The position numbers and the translations under genes are program-made. Below are positions 62,946 through 64,000 of a DNA stretch of 64,000 nucleotides, piece by piece (positions within the stretch are counted from its first letter, which is position 1; every line of letters begins with the position of its first letter). Origin of the DNA: Eledone cirrhosa (Eukaryota); contig OZ024746.1 in NCBI GenBank assembly GCA_964016885.1, positions 70,246,001 to 70,310,000 of the forward strand, read 5' to 3'. Below the pieces are notes generated by a model. That model worked only from the letters and a program-made list of their open reading frames with translations. It searched no databases and was not told the origin of the DNA.

Positions 62946-63849
62946 TTACTAATTCAGCAGATGGTTCATTCTCAAGATAATTGTTTACTGAAAGTAAAAA
63001 GATCACGCCCACTTTGACATACATACTATAAGTTTAAATTTTAGTTAAGATCTATTCTCACTTTCGTCACTTTCTTCAATCCAGTCTGTAGTATACTGTA
63101 AGAAATTGAACGAAATGAAAAGAAATAAAGAAGTGGGCTGTAAAAATGATCGCCAACAGGTGTTTTTTTGTTTATTAGATAAACATTTTGTTTGAAATAC
63201 TTTCCTTTCTCTTCAATAAACTATTCTCCCTATTATGTGAGAATCAACGCAGAAACTCACATAACATACAAAAGCCCCAATACACTCATAGGACAATTTA
63301 AATCCAGCACGACAAATAAGCCAATTGTTAGTCATGTACAACTAACGTTTATTTGGTTAGAAAAAGAAATCACTGTCATTGTTGCAATCCATGAGGTTTA
63401 CTTTGTAAAGGCACAGAATCATAAATATGAATTGAAATTGCTCGAATATTAATTCCTTAAGTTTTTATAGTGTTGTATCAAAAATTAACATATGCTAGCA
63501 AAATTATGTTAAATATCGTTTTGTAAATCTAAATTAGTACACTCATTATTCTATTGTTCACTATTAATATTGTTTTATAAATTTCTTTATTTCACAAATC
63601 GTAAAAGGTGATATAAAGATATATAGGTTACAGATAACTTTAATATAGAAAATCATGTTTATGTACTTTTAAAGTTTATTTGCTCATAGTGTAAAGTCAT
63701 AGTATTCGGCGCAGGGGTGGTGGAAGCATTTCTTAATGAGGGGAGGGGTCAAATTTGGACAATTTAGTTGTAGTGATTAGTTTAGCTCTATGAACTCTCA
63801 AATGGTCAGAAAACTTCGATATGCGATAAACACAACATGGACATAAATT

Positions 63850-64000
63850 GTACCCCTCTCTATATCAATTAACACCAAACTCCCCCCCCCCTCTCTATAT
63901 CTACTACACCAAACTCTCTTCCAATATCCCCCTCTATATAAATTAACACCAAACTATCCCCCTCTCTATAAATACTACACGGAACTCTCTTCCAATCCCC
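63850..64000. repeat. ~41-bp tandem repeat running off the window end
   Basis: ccctctctata..aattaacaccaaact units. Confidence 0.8.

Noticed and set aside
63060-63335. Alternative upstream exons for the secreted-protein gene (63062-63095 and 63261-63335)
   Set aside because: Splice signals exist but give no convincing signal peptide; exon 62830-62881 fits phase, Kozak context and signal peptide better. They could belong to a UTR or another transcript.

Overview
AT-rich, repeat-dense animal genomic DNA; the SINE and microsatellite content suggests a cephalopod such as Octopus (inference). Main contents: (1) a complete 17-coding-exon PDPR-like gene on the minus strand (44420->8279, 928 aa, reconstructed by hand with consistent splice phases); (2) a 5-exon gene never assembled by the ORF track (62881->49471, minus, 286 aa) encoding a cysteine-free secreted protein of unknown family; (3) an intronless BTB-kelch copy with an in-frame internal deletion, nested in PDPR intron 1; (4) a ~6.9 kb Penelope-like retroelement (Naiad-type: RT + CxCx5C + GIY-YIG) in PDPR intron 9. 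The element is bounded by ~1.05-1.08 kb inverted repeats, each carrying a minimal hammerhead ribozyme. It also has a slippage-like 10-11 bp repeat run at its inversion junction and a near-homogeneous 92-bp x ~14.8 array in its 3' region, and it sits in a (TA)n tract inside a Helitron-like element. The rest is further PLE remnants with variant hammerhead cores, LINE/LTR/SINE/MITE debris, long hairpins and tandem repeats. All alignments and translations were done by eye; no database search was run.
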